Shown here one piece after another: positions 37,392-50,643 of a stretch of DNA of 64,000 bases. The stretch comes from Amoebidium appalachense. Taxonomy: Eukaryota > Protista > Ichthyosporea. Location of the stretch: positions 3,533,716-3,597,715 of the forward strand of contig CAVNZM010000005.1 in the NCBI GenBank assembly GCA_963693365.1, read 5' to 3'. The notes beneath the pieces are model-generated. The model was not told where the DNA came from. It made no database searches and saw only the letters and a list, made by a program, of their open reading frames with translations. The position numbers and the translations under genes were made by a program. Within the stretch, counting starts at the first letter, position 1. Every line of letters begins with the position of its first letter.

Positions 37392-38055
37392 AAACACAAA
37401 CCAGCACACGGCCAATGACATGCACATGCACGGGTGCCCCCCCCCCCCCCCCCCCCCCCCCCACAAACATGGCATACCCCCCTCCCCCCCCCCCCCCCCC
37501 CCCCCCCCACACACACACATCAGACCACCACAAACACCACAACCACCACCACCTCCACATTTCCTATGGGCATGGGCAGAAAAACGACAATGGTGATAAA
37601 ATTTTCGACTTGAAAGAAGTTACAAACTCCTTCTGAGGCTTCCCCACCCACACCAACAAAATCATTTCGAATCATTATCTGAGCATTGGCTCTGAACTCG
37701 GACTGACATTCACAATGCAGACATCAACAGCGCAGAGAGCAATAGCAACAACGACAACATCAAGAACCCCGGCAGTGTGGCCAGCAAATCAGATGGTGAC
37801 ACCAACAGTCTCCAAAACGACGTGTCAAGTGATTTAGAAAACGAACCGCTCGTGATGTCAAAGACGGGTACGTATCTCGACTGGCATTATTCCATAGCCT
37901 GTTTCCATAGCCTGTTTGTGGTGATGCTAAACGGGCTTTTGGGAGACAAATGTCTATGCCATTTTCTGTGCAGTGTATGTGCATTTGCATGTCCGAGTGA
38001 AATAGGGAGATTCGGAGATAGGGAGGTAGGGCTAAGAGGGAGAGAGAGAGACGGG

Positions 38056-38174
<119 letters not shown>

Positions 38175-40385
38175 GGGGGGAGAGAGCGACAGCGAGTGAG
38201 AGGGGGAGAAGAGATGATGATAGAGAGGGAGATAGAGATAGAGATAGACAGCAAGAGAGAGAGTGACAGAGAGAAAGCTTGTGTGAGTGTGTGTGTGAAA
38301 TTCATGAAGCACGTATGCAGGAATTTTTGAGGGTTGGTTGTAACTAAAGTTGTATCGTTACCCATCAGGACAAACACACAAGCGCCGAGCATCTACGGAG
38401 GTGCCAGTCCCCGCAAAACGACCAAGGGTACCCATATACAGCATCAAGAAAAAAATACCATCCTTCGGAAACCCTCGCAAGGGATAGTAATATTCTGTAT
38501 GGTGTCTGTTATAACTCGAATGACCGTCAATAGACCTTCACACGAATGCGTATGGTATTGCTATCCTTGGAATGAAATCGTAATTGGCATACTTCGTTAT
38601 AGCAAACTGCCTCCACGGTGTAGATATGTTGACTTACGACAAAGAGTCCTGGCCTCTCCATTGTGTTAAACGACCTTATATGAATGAGAGATTCTTCTTG
38701 TTATGAATATATTTCGGCAACGGACACCCTGGAAATTTCGTAGTATGTCTTAATTAAATGTTGGAGTACTCGTGTGTGTTGTGTTGTCTGTTTTCTTTCG
38801 ATGAATTCAAACGGTCCCAGTGTACTTCATATACAAAACCACCCCGTACTTTCAAAGTCTGGTCGATATTTTGAGCATTTACAATATGTGGTTGATTAGT
38901 ATGTTCTGCTCTAGGAAATGGACTCTCAGAATCCATGAAGTCTGTTTTTCTTTCTACTTATGAGTGCGTTACGATGGTGTCTGCAGGGAGAAGTAGACTC
39001 TCAGAGTCCAGGGAATGAGTTTTACCTTCTTCATATGAGTGCATTTTGATGGTGTCTTGCAGGGGGGGATTAGACTCTCAGAGTCCCCTGACCATGATTT
39101 TATATTCCATAGACGTTCGTTCTGAGTCCGTTATCCATTTCTCTTCTGCTTGTCCCAATCTCCAGACACATGTTTTCCCTTCTTATTTTCAGGTGTTGGT
39201 TCGTGAAATTTGGCACACTGCATGGTCTTCCTGGTAACCCTGTAAGCACAAATAGGCGCGCGGCAAGCATGTAAGCATGTGTTAGCTCATGTATGATCTA
39301 TCGAAAACGGTAAACCACAGGCCTGTCTGCCGATTTTGCTTGTATCTAAGCCGGCTAGAATAATTCTCCGGTTCCCTGTGTACATATATGAAATCGGTCC
39401 ATTTAATAAGATTGGAAGGCAGGTGTGTTCTGCCGGCAGTGCCGGCAGGGTTTTGGTTTAAACCTGAGATGAGCTATAATGACAGCGTTCGACTGGTGTT
39501 TCCTTCCCTTCCCTTCCCTTTGCATCTTGCCTCCGTGTTTGCCGATTGCCTTTTGACATCAGTAAATCATTCCCATTTCATGGGAAGTTGCACCTACCGG
39601 TCCTAGCATTTTACTATACAGACAACTATATAGATAGGCTGTTGTGGATTACCCAACATTGTAAAGTTTACAATTTCTCCCATTATGTGTTAACATTGTA
39701 CCTGTCACGGTTACGTTGCTGACTCACACGTGCAATAACTCCTTTTAAATGATCTTTTGAATCCTTACCAAACGGCCCCATACTTGTGCCTCGTAGTGAC
39801 ATGTCTGGGCGAAACCTACATATAGGAGCACATCCAATCAGATCAATTTATTTAGCCAATCACAAATCATTGGAATGAATAATGCCATTGAAAAGGGCTT
39901 GCGTAAGATTCAACAGAGAAGCGCTGGTATTCAAACATGAAAATAATGCAATAGTTTTACACAGAAAAAAAAACCCCTTTTCTCGGCTTTCCAAAAATGC
40001 CTGGTTCAACTCAATAGCACAAAATGAAGGGTACCTCTACTATGAGAGAAAATTCAGTCTATTTTTGATCAGATGATCAGTCAGCCACCATCCGATCTCA
40101 AATGTGTAAAACATCAGGGTTGCGCGATTGCGATTAACTTAAAAACGGATAATCGCGCAGGTATCGCTCCTGCGCTAAATAAAAAACACTTTTTCTTCGC
40201 TTTTCATAGCCGCGAACCGCGTAAAAAGAATATTTTTTCTGAGCCGAGCTATAGCGCGTCAAAGATTTAGTCTCCGAGGGCTCGATTTTCTTCAAATTCG
40301 TCCGATCTGATTGGCCAAAAAATGTCAGTCAGTGGATCCGATCGATCGTCTATTTTTAGTGCAGGTTTCGCCCAGACATTGTCCA

Positions 40386-40490
40386 CGCAATAAAAAGTGT
40401 GTAAACCCCAGACATGTATCCTAGAATGTCATGCCACCGCAATAAAAGGGGTGTAAACCCCAGGACATGTATCCAAGAATGTCATGCCAC
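40386..40490. repeat. Tandem duplication of a 52/53-bp unit upstream of the gene at 40620
   Basis: cgcaataaaa.g.gtgtaaacccca(g)gacatgtatcc.agaatgtcatgccac, two copies. Confidence 0.9.
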
Positions 40491-40619
40491 CGACAGCCAC
40501 AAACCCCAAAAAACTCTTTGTTGCCCTACGGTACTTATAACACGCATTCTTAATTTAGCTCATGCCCATGTACACCCACCAATACCTGGTACCCAATGAC
40601 TAAATAACCCACTTCAAAC

Positions 40620-43108
40620 ATGACTTCCACCGAACGTCCCTCCAGCTATGGTGCGGTCAGGGGCCGTCTACGCGCTATCAGTATATCCACGGCCACCTTT
40701 TCCCTTGCACCCAAATCACCCAAATTGTTGGCAAGTTCCAAAACAACCAGCGAACTGCTGAGCCCAGCGAAATCCTCCCCAAATCGTAGACGTGCGAGTT
40801 CGGACGGGGCAAGCCTGCCAAAAACATCGTCGCTCACCTTTCAACCCTCTGAAAAATCTCTGTCTGTGTCGTCTTCACATCGAGGCAGCAGTGCTTCACA
40901 TACCGATCTCATCTCATCCATTGGTGCACCTGTACATCCCGTTGAAGTAGATACGGAAAAGGTGGTTGAAAGGAACAGGAAAGGAAGTGTTCCTCTTGAC
41001 GATGCGTTGGCGGGCAAGGGCACACAGACACGCGCCAGCCTCGGGCACGTAAAAGGGAGTGGGTTTTTGGGTTTGAACAAGCCACAGAGTATGTCCAACC
41101 CGAGTCTCAGCCCACGGTACGCAGCCCCTCTCTGCCTGGTTTATTACACTGTGACACAACGAAACTGTTGTGCTTTATCTCGTTAATGCTCGGGGTTAAT
41201 GGGCAAGTCTGACTGCATTCGAATTCCTAATGGGCACATTATTTTTATGTTGCTGAATGCAGACCTCATCGGACTTTCTCTTCTTCCCCACCCCCCACCC
41301 CCCTCCTCCCCCCCTCCCCCCCCCCCCCCTCCCCCCTCCCCCTTCCTCCTACTTCTTCTCCTGCCCCTTCCCTCTTAAGAAGACACTCGGATAAATAGGG
41401 AAATACACACCAACACATGTGCGCAACACCTTCCCCGTATGGACAGTTCTATACCTCTGTCCCCCTCTAGTCTAGAATCCAGTCCGGGTCACGTTGTTCG
41501 TTGGTATCTCAGCCATCTTGCACTTTTTGCAGAATCCCCTCCGCCCCTCTCCCCTCCACAACTACGACCACTTCCTTCTCTTCCTCCTCCACGTGCCCAC
41601 TACTCATTTCAATGGCATCTGATGACCCGATGAAGCCGCCAAAGTCATGGTGGCATTTCACACATGCACAAATATATCAGAAGGCACTATGTCATCACGA
41701 TGATTGGAACTTCGGTGAAAACTGAACGGCTCTTTTGCAATTGGAATTCAAGAATTGCTGGGGCTCGCATCTTTAGATGATAAAATGCACCTTCCACTGA
41801 GTATTTTTGACCTCTCACACTGATCGAAACCCATCGAATCCGGCTGATTTTATTTGAATGCAAAGAAGTTTTTTCGCACCATCGATCTGTACCACTTGTT
41901 CGTTTAGACAAGCAATTTAAAACACAAAAGGCCCACAGGACAGAGTAGTATTTTAAACCCAGGACCCTTTCGACCGGATGAACTATTTGACACTGGGACA
42001 GGCTACAAACTATCAAATGAATGTAATTTTAGTGCAAACTACAGGCATACACCAAATACACACAGTGATTACACCATGATTGATAAAATACACCCACAAG
42101 CACACATCGTGTAAACAGACACACGCTCGCACACACATACACACACACACAGACCTGTGCTTGCACGCTCGAGCTCCCACACAGTGACATGCACATAGCA
42201 CACATCCGTATGCCGTAGCGCACACACACACATGTTATGTTGCACAAACAGCACAACATGCACAGAGTGTACCACATACCCGCACAAATGTCGTGCACAC
42301 ACACACACACGTGTGCGCGTGGCGCGCGAGCGCAGGTGCACACGCACGGTCACCCCGCACATACAGGCAGACACCAGCACAGGCACAGGCGCACACACTG
42401 GGTGTCCAAACAGGCATACCGAGTTGGACAAAGCGCATCGGCGACACACAGCGAACATTCACAAACAAATACACCCACATGCAGTCACACACATGACCAC
42501 TAAGTGCCTCCACCCAATGCTTCAACCTTCTTTAGCTAGCAAACACCACAAGCAAAAAGAATAAAACGAGACATCCATCCTCCACCGTTACCACTGCATC
42601 TATACCCTACTCACCACTATAAATGTGTTCATACAGGTTGGCAGCGCTTGGGAGGAAAGTAACCACAAGCATGAAACACGCATTTTCAGACAACCACCAC
42701 GACAGCCACGACAACACAACCAACACCCATCCGTCAAAGCTGGAAAAAGGACAACACGGGGCAAAGGCGCAGGGGAAGGTTCAGATTGCGGCAAAAGCGG
42801 CAACAGCCATTTCCTATTGGCCAGTGGGGCACAGCGGAATGGAAAGTTTCCATATTAGGAAAGAGTTGTCTGAATCGTTGGACAGTGAAAACGATGAACC
42901 GATTGAAAGAGTCCGAAAGAACTCGATTACGTACATTGCGCCCGATTGCGGGGACATGACGTCATTGGAACGACCTGGTTGGTCAGAAATCATGACTGTT
43001 TCTCCGGCCACAGAGGTGGACGTATACAACATATCGCCTCTGACTGCATACTGCACCATATCATTCACAAGGTCACACAGAGAGATGCAGCTGGCTGGAA
43101 AGAGGTGA
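40620..43108 (+). CDS. Unknown Ser-rich, probably disordered protein (~320 aa); exons 40620-41116 and 42637-43108
   Basis: Two ORFs joined in frame by a phase-2 GT-AG intron (CG|gtacgc ... atacag|G). No domain recognised; extra exons are possible. Confidence 0.6.
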
Positions 43109-43606
43109 ACACTTTTTTGACAGGGAATGTACGCTGTCAGTTATCAGTTATTTGTCATGGAATTCCCGTGGTGGTGTTGTGAGGTTAGAAAAAGGTTTCA
43201 ATGTATATGGAATGTAGATTTCATAATCGACAACATGGGGAGGGGGGGAGGGTATTGTGTATCTGTCTTTCACTATCCTGGTAGCCTGTGCATATTGGGC
43301 CCTCAAAACTAATCGCGCCTTATCTGTATGGGTCTTCTTGTTCCCTCGTAGTCCCGTGCCTTTCCAATTCTCCCTTTTCCTATGAACCGCAATAGCCACA
43401 CACACCCCCCTCCCCCCCCCCCCTCCCCCCCCCCCCTTCCCACAAGCTCCCTCCATTTCGTCTCCCCCTATCCTTCTATGAAGCCTTTCTCACCACTCCC
43501 TTGCCCATTAATCTCGTTCCCCCGTTCATTACATGCAAAACAAAAACAAAAAGAATGAGCGTTCATGTGCGGATGTGCGCGCTTATGAACACACACACCA
43601 CACGCG

Positions 43607-43654
<48 letters not shown>

Positions 43655-44835
43655 GCAACATTTTCGTGCTAGGATTCAAACATGGGACATCCCCACACAT
43701 GCACAACTGCAGGTGCTGCAAATGCATTTGCTTTTTGTTAATCATTGATACAGATTGTTGTCTAAGCACGATAGATTGCAGTAATCACTTCAACAGTGTT
43801 GTACATTTATTATCATGTCTTTCATCAGCATCCTATGGACATTGTATCGTGTCATTGTGGTACTAGTAATCTATGTTGCAGTTTGTGAGTATAAAGCGAA
43901 ACGGTGAACGGAGAGCCTAAAAAGAACAACAGCGGCCAGTAGATGGGCCAATATTTAACAGTTTAGAGTTGCCCAGCTAGTACCAATGATGTTTATTTAC
44001 AAAGACAACGAGCTCCAACTTGCACGCGTGATGTTATCGTGTATTGTTTGCACAGACATATTCCTGCTTGTTTTACAAAAACTACACAGTTACAAAGCCA
44101 TTGATTGCATCTTTCCGCAACTTGAAAGGATGCCTCATAATATAAGTGTCAGGTATGGTGCACTTCACCACCTTTCCATGAAGGCCACCACCATGCCTAC
44201 TGTACCACCCCCAAAAAAAAAAGAAAGAAAGAAAGGGGGGGGGGGGGGGGGGGGGGGGGGGGGAGAGAGTGGGGGGGGGGGGGGGGGGGGGGGGGGGGGA
44301 GTAATAAGGTGTTTGACTGGGTGGTTGTGTACACCCTCAGCGTGATATCCGCCCCTCCCCCCTTCCCCCCCTCCCTCCTACTCCTCCCCCCCCCCCCCCC
44401 CCCAACCACCACCACCATGGCCACCACCACCCACCCACCCACCCACCCACCCACCCACCCACCCACCCACACACACACACACACACACCATCCCCATTAT
44501 CCCAACACACACTGCGGTCACACACACACACACACAAACACACACCAAAAAAAAAAAAAAAAAAAAAAAAAAGCACACAAACACAAAAATGTTTTACACC
44601 ACCACTACCACCCACACCCAGCCGCTGTTACGACATACTGTATGGCTTCGTGTGTACATCTGGACGCATTTGCCTGCAATACGTATGTGAGGATGCACAT
44701 TCAATCAAGGGGGGAGGGGTTGGGGGGGGGAGGGGGGGGGGCATAGCACTAAGTTACAATTTTACATTCTGCATGTTACGGTCCACAAACGTCTGATCTT
44801 GCAAGGACAGAACTCGGCATAGCAACTCGGCATAG

Positions 44836-44937
44836 CATACAAACACGTTGCACTAAAGTAAGTAACGTTGATGACATATAGACACGTTGCCCTGAATTGA
44901 TTAATGTTGATGACATACAAACAAGTTGCACTACAGT
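44836..44937. repeat. Degenerate 39-bp tandem repeat (~2.6 copies) downstream of the GNAT gene
   Basis: cata.a.acacgttgc.ct.aa.t.a.taa.gttgatga units. Confidence 0.75.
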
Positions 44938-45178
44938 CATTACCGTGCATGATACCAACTATGTCTAGATCTGCCTCGGGTCGATAAACCCAGGAGGAAT
45001 ACCAACTATACACTGCTGAAGGAAGATTATATTTTACCTTATCCTTACGTTCATGTGTGTGATGTACCATGGAACTACTACTAACATCATGTAACAGTTG
45101 TACCCTCGGTATCTAGTGCTTCACACTATGTCAAGATGGTCTTTCGTATGCACACATGTCCCATTATAATCACATCAC

Positions 45179-45755
45179 CTACTCAGTCTTCTCAACCGTC
45201 ATAACCACATCCTCCGAATCCTTCTTCTCATCATCCGCATCCACACTCCCAGGTGCCGTGGCAGGAGACTCCGCCCTACTTGCATCCCCATCACTCCCGC
45301 CGCTTATGCCAGACACACAGCCAGTACCACCCACCATTGCATGAGCCAGGGTGAGTTTGTGTTTGATGGACATGCGACGCTGTGCTGCATGGGGCACGTG
45401 CACCACAACCATGCCATCTTCGTCCGTGTGGGTGTTTGCTGGTGCTGGGTGTGTCTCGCTGGGGGCTATGGGTTGTGCCGGGGGTGCGGAGGCAGGGGGA
45501 GCACCCAGGCGCATCTGGTAGTAGAGGTGCAGCTCGATGTTGCCAAAGCCCTGCTTCTCAAAGAACCGCCGCGCTGGTACGTTGTCGGCCTGCACGTGGG
45601 CCAAATGTAATTGGTCAGCATCTCAGGTGCAAACAGTATGTAGCATTGATTTTATTGTATCACGGAAAACAAAGGGGGAGGGGGGGGGGGGGGGTAGCGA
45701 AATGCCTGTGTATCGTGACACCGTGTGTGGTTTACACACCCAGACAGTAGGTGAG

Positions 45756-45793
<38 letters not shown>

Positions 45794-46434
45794 CCCCCCT
45801 CCCCCCCCCCCCTCTCCCCCTTCCAGCCCACAAACAAACAAACAAGCAAACAAGCAAGCAAACAAAAAAACAAAAAAACAAAAAAACAAAACAAAAAAAA
45901 AGGAAAAAGGAAAAAGGAGTGGGGAAAAAAGACAACACACACACCCACACACCCACAATCACCATTGCACTATCATTCACCAACGGCAGTTTAAAATGGC
46001 TAATCCAGCGGAGTCTCTGTTCTCCAGGTCTTCATCGCATTTTAAGAAACTCGCTTATGCACCCGCCTCTCTTCCCTCCCTTCCCCCACTCTCCCTGCGG
46101 CGGTTCATTACCATCTCCAAACAGAAGGGACACACCAGCACACAGACATACGGACACGCTCACAAAGAGAGCCACAGGCCCGGAGCCTCCCCCCCCCCCC
46201 CCCCCCCCCTTCCCCCCAGGCGCATTCTCGAGGGGAGGGGCGCAGGGGCGAAGATAAAGAGAGAGCAGAGAATGACAGAGTGAGGGGCAGATAGTTAGTC
46301 CCCCCCCCCCCCCCCTCCCCCGAGCAGTAGATAGTCCCCCCCTCCCCCCTCCTCCAACCACCCAATCCGCGATTTCCACCTGCACTCTCTCTTCCGTCAC
46401 CATGAACCAACTAAAAGCAATCTCATTGTCCTTA

Positions 46435-46468
<34 letters not shown>

Positions 46469-46730
46469 TTCCCCTCCCCCTCCCACACACACACACACCA
46501 GCACCCACAAGTTGCACCCAGACCGACAGGTGGAGAAGAAAGAAAAAGGAAGAAGAGATTCGAGAGGAATGCGTGCCTCCCCCACAACCATCTACCTACA
46601 CAGCCTTTTTTCTACCAATGAAACAGAACTCCCCCAACACCCCCCACAAACACGACCTCTTTCTGTTAACTCCTCTGACCCACCTTCCTTTCCCCCCCAA
46701 AACTGTGACAATAGAAATAAAAACAATTGG

Positions 46731-46764
<34 letters not shown>

Positions 46765-47030
46765 TTCCCCCGGTACGGGAGCCGAGAAACCCTCGCACAC
46801 AAAAAGAAGCAAGTGCCCTGCCCTATCTTCGCCATCCACAACCCAAGCCAAGGTTCATACATCTAGAAAATATGTAAGGGACAAGGTACAACATTCAAAT
46901 ACAAACAACTCCAATTTCTTGCAAGCCACCTTGCCCCCCATAGCTTAATCCCCCCCCCCCCCCTTTCTTGTGAGTCTCGATGCCCCTTTGTAGCTTCAGC
47001 TTCTCTTTCTCTCTCTCTCTCTCTCTCCCC

Positions 47031-47079
<49 letters not shown>

Positions 47080-47328
47080 CCGCCCTCAAAAAAGGATTTT
47101 TCTTCAGTTTATCTAAAACAGACTAGCAACCCCAAGTACAAAACTCTGGAGGAAATGAAGCATACACCAACCATCTCTTCTTCCAACCCTCATCCCCTCA
47201 TCCCTCCTTCGGGTCCTAAAATACGAACTCCGAAACCAGAAATAACAAGCTGTGATAAGAAACGAGACATCGAATCACACCCCATTCCAATTTCTTCTCC
47301 CCCACTCCATCCCCCCCTCCCTCCCCCC

Positions 47329-47362
<34 letters not shown>

Positions 47363-48506
47363 TTTCATGAATAGACTGTAAGGAAAGCAGAAGGCAATGG
47401 TGGAACGAGGACAGCTGAAACACCCACCAATCGATTCCTGCCAATCCCCCTTCCCCTCCCCCGTCCTGACCCCCCCCCCGCCCCCCCTCCCCCCCCCTCC
47501 CCCCCCCCCCCCCAAAAAAAAAAAAAAGCACACAGACGAACCAAACAGACACCTGACACACAACATCTGCCCTCCACTCAAGCACCCCCTGCCCGTCCAC
47601 ATCCTCCATCAAGGCACAAAAACAGAAAGGCTATCGAAATGTCAAGTTTCAACTAACGTGAAGCAAATCAAGTCAAGCTCTATATCTCTTTTCCCCCCCT
47701 CCCCCTTCCCAACCCCCACCCCCACCCCACACACACTCCACCACCCATATCCAACCCATTCACATTTATAATGCGGACAAAAGTCATATCTTAAACATGT
47801 AATACACCCCCTCCCCCCTCCCCCCTGCCCCTGCCCCCAAAAGACACACACACAACACACAAACACACAAACAGCCCTCCTCTGGATCACTCCCAAAATT
47901 TCTCCAACTCTCCTAGTGCAGCCTACCAACCCTCAAGTCCCCCCTTTCCTTCCCCCCCTCCCCTCCCCCCTCTCCCCGAGGGTCCAAACTCTCAAACACT
48001 CACTCCCTTCTCCTCCCCTCCCCCCCCCCCCCCTCCACACACACACACACACACACCACCCACCACCACCACCACCACTCCACACCCCACCTTCTTTTTC
48101 TCTACTCAATCCCCCAGCCCACCCCTTGCCACAACAAAAGCATGCCCAATAGTCGCCACACCCACCTGTGTGTCGCAGACAATGATGCGGACACCACGTT
48201 CGACCATCAGGTCGTGGAATGCAGTGAACAGCTTCTTGCCAATGCCTGTGCCCTGGGTCGAGGCATCGATGCCCATCCACACGAGGTAGCCATAGCGCCA
48301 TGCACTGCGCTTCTTTTCGATCACGTTGCCCAGGCAGAACCCCACCACTTTCTGAAAGGAAAATGTTCGGGTGGGTTAGGTGTGCCTACAGGGAGTATGT
48401 TTCTAAATGTCAATCAACGGGATACGTTCCCACACCCCCTAACCTCCGACATCGCCTCCATACAAACTGCGCCCCCCCTCCTCCTCTCCTCCCCCCCCCC
48501 CCCTCC

Positions 48507-48567
<61 letters not shown>

Positions 48568-49207
48568 AAAAATTAAAACACCCAAGACACACAGACACAC
48601 ACTTGCCACCATCACCACACAAGCCCGTCATGCCCCCACCAATGCCCCTCTTTCATCAGATCCCACCATCAGCCAATTCAGTCATAAATGTCTCTCAACC
48701 ACCCTATGCCCCCTCCCAACCTGTGTGGTGTGGGCAAAGTGAAACAGGTGCTGATGTGGAAGTGTGTGTGTGGAAGTAGAAGGGAAGGGGATGGGGCAAT
48801 GGACCAGGAAGGGACGGGGCGGGGGGGGGGAGGGGGGGGGGGGGGGGGGGGGGGGGAGGAAGCAAAGGGGAAAGGGAGAAAGACCGACAGAAACCAAAAG
48901 TGTGCGAGGAAAACAAAACCTGGAAGAAAGAAAGAAGGTCGGTTGACTACCAAAGGGGGATGCTAGGGGGGCGCCGGGAAAGGGGGGGAGGGGGGGGAGG
49001 GGGGGGGGGGGGGGGGTAGGAGCTTCATCACTAAATGTGATCAAGCAGAGCATCTGAATGGGTGTTTGGCTTTGCAAGAGAGTTCCAGAAGGAGGGAACG
49101 TGGAAGTTAAGCCTGGATGGTGTGTCAGATTTGGAAGTGAGAAGCAGGAGGAGGTTTGGGATGGTCTTTGGGGGAGGAGAAAGGTGAAGGGGGGGGGGGG
49201 GGGGGGG

Positions 49208-49250
<43 letters not shown>

Positions 49251-50643
49251 CAAGCAATGACAGACCCCGACGTTGAGCAGCCTAGACAATCTAATCAGGA
49301 GATAGAAAGAAAATAGCGAAATCAACTTCGCGCTGGTGGAAGGAGATAGGCAATAGAAAAGAAAGGGGGGGGGGGGGGGGGGGGGGGGGGGGGAAGGGGG
49401 TTCAAGCAACCTTGTCCATTTCAGCCACGAGGCAGTTCTCCTTGTCACCCACGAACCACTCCACCACCTCGTGCTCACTCCAGATGCGGTACAGACTGGG
49501 GAAGAGGTTTGCATCATACACACTCTCACCCAGCTCGTAGACACGGTGAAGGTCATCGATTTCCATCTCTCTGATCTTAACAGGACCCGACTTTGGCTCG
49601 TCTTTCTTCTGCTCATCTTTCTTCGGTGCAGCCGGGCTATCCCTCCCGGGTTTGGGGGTATTGATGCGTCGAGGCATGGGGGAGATGGGCCGACGCGCAC
49701 GAGACTTGCTCACTGACAGCTCTGCCTCTGCCTCCTTCTCCGCCTGCTTCTCAATGTTGAGACTCATGTAGACGTGCTCTCTTGGCTCACCAAACCCCAT
49801 GCTGATAAGGAATGCTTTGGCCGCGTGGTTCTTTGCTGGTGTGTCGACAATAACTGTGTTGATGCCCTCTGCCTGGAACAATTCGAGAACACGTGCTACC
49901 ATCTTCGTGCCGATGTGGTGGCGCTGATACGGGGAGAGGACTGCTACCCAGCCGAGGAATCCACATGACATGTCTTTCTTACGTTTCTCTGTCAGACTCG
50001 AAAGCACAAAGCCGACAAGCTGGGGTTTGCCGTCTTCGCCTTCCATCTCAGCCACCATGCAGAACTCGGGATCTGATGCCAAGAGGTCGACCACCTGGGG
50101 AACAGAGAAAGTGAGAAGCAGGGAGGGGCATGAAGGATGAGGAAAGGATGAAGGGTTCCTATACCGAAAAGATGAACTTAACCAGGTTAAACAGTAAACT
50201 GAGATGCGCTAAGCCAGATTTAAACGAGCAAACCCATCAATAAGCATAAGTGCACCGCCCAATGTTTTTAGTCACGTGAACAGGGGGGGAAAACAGAACA
50301 GCAAAGACACATACAGACACTGACAAGCAAAAAAAAAGACTGTTGGTTGCTTAATTTTCTTCTGGATCTACAAGTGACAGCCAACCACACTCACCTCATA
50401 TTCATCCCAAGTGCGGTAGAGCTGCTGGAAAGAGCTGTACTCTTTCTCACCCATGTGAAATACTGCGGCAGCATCCTTCAGCTCCATCTGCCTGACCACA
50501 ACAGGGCCAATATGAACGGGCGAGCTTGTCTCCAAGGCACGGCGCTTTGCTGCATTTCCCTCTTCGTCTGCTGCAGAGCCCTTGCGCTTTAGAGCTAGGT
50601 TCTCAGTAGGCTCTTGTTTCTCCTTCCTCTTGCGTAGCATCAT
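45179..50643 (-). CDS. Tandem GNAT-family N-acetyltransferase (~509 aa); exons 50643-50395, 50094-49411, 48351-48166, 45589-45179
   Basis: Three phase-0 GT-AG introns give one continuous frame with two homologous GNAT domains; acetyl-CoA motif A as YQRHHIGTKM and TQGTGIGKKL; N..A..F....GF motifs in both. Confidence 0.9.
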
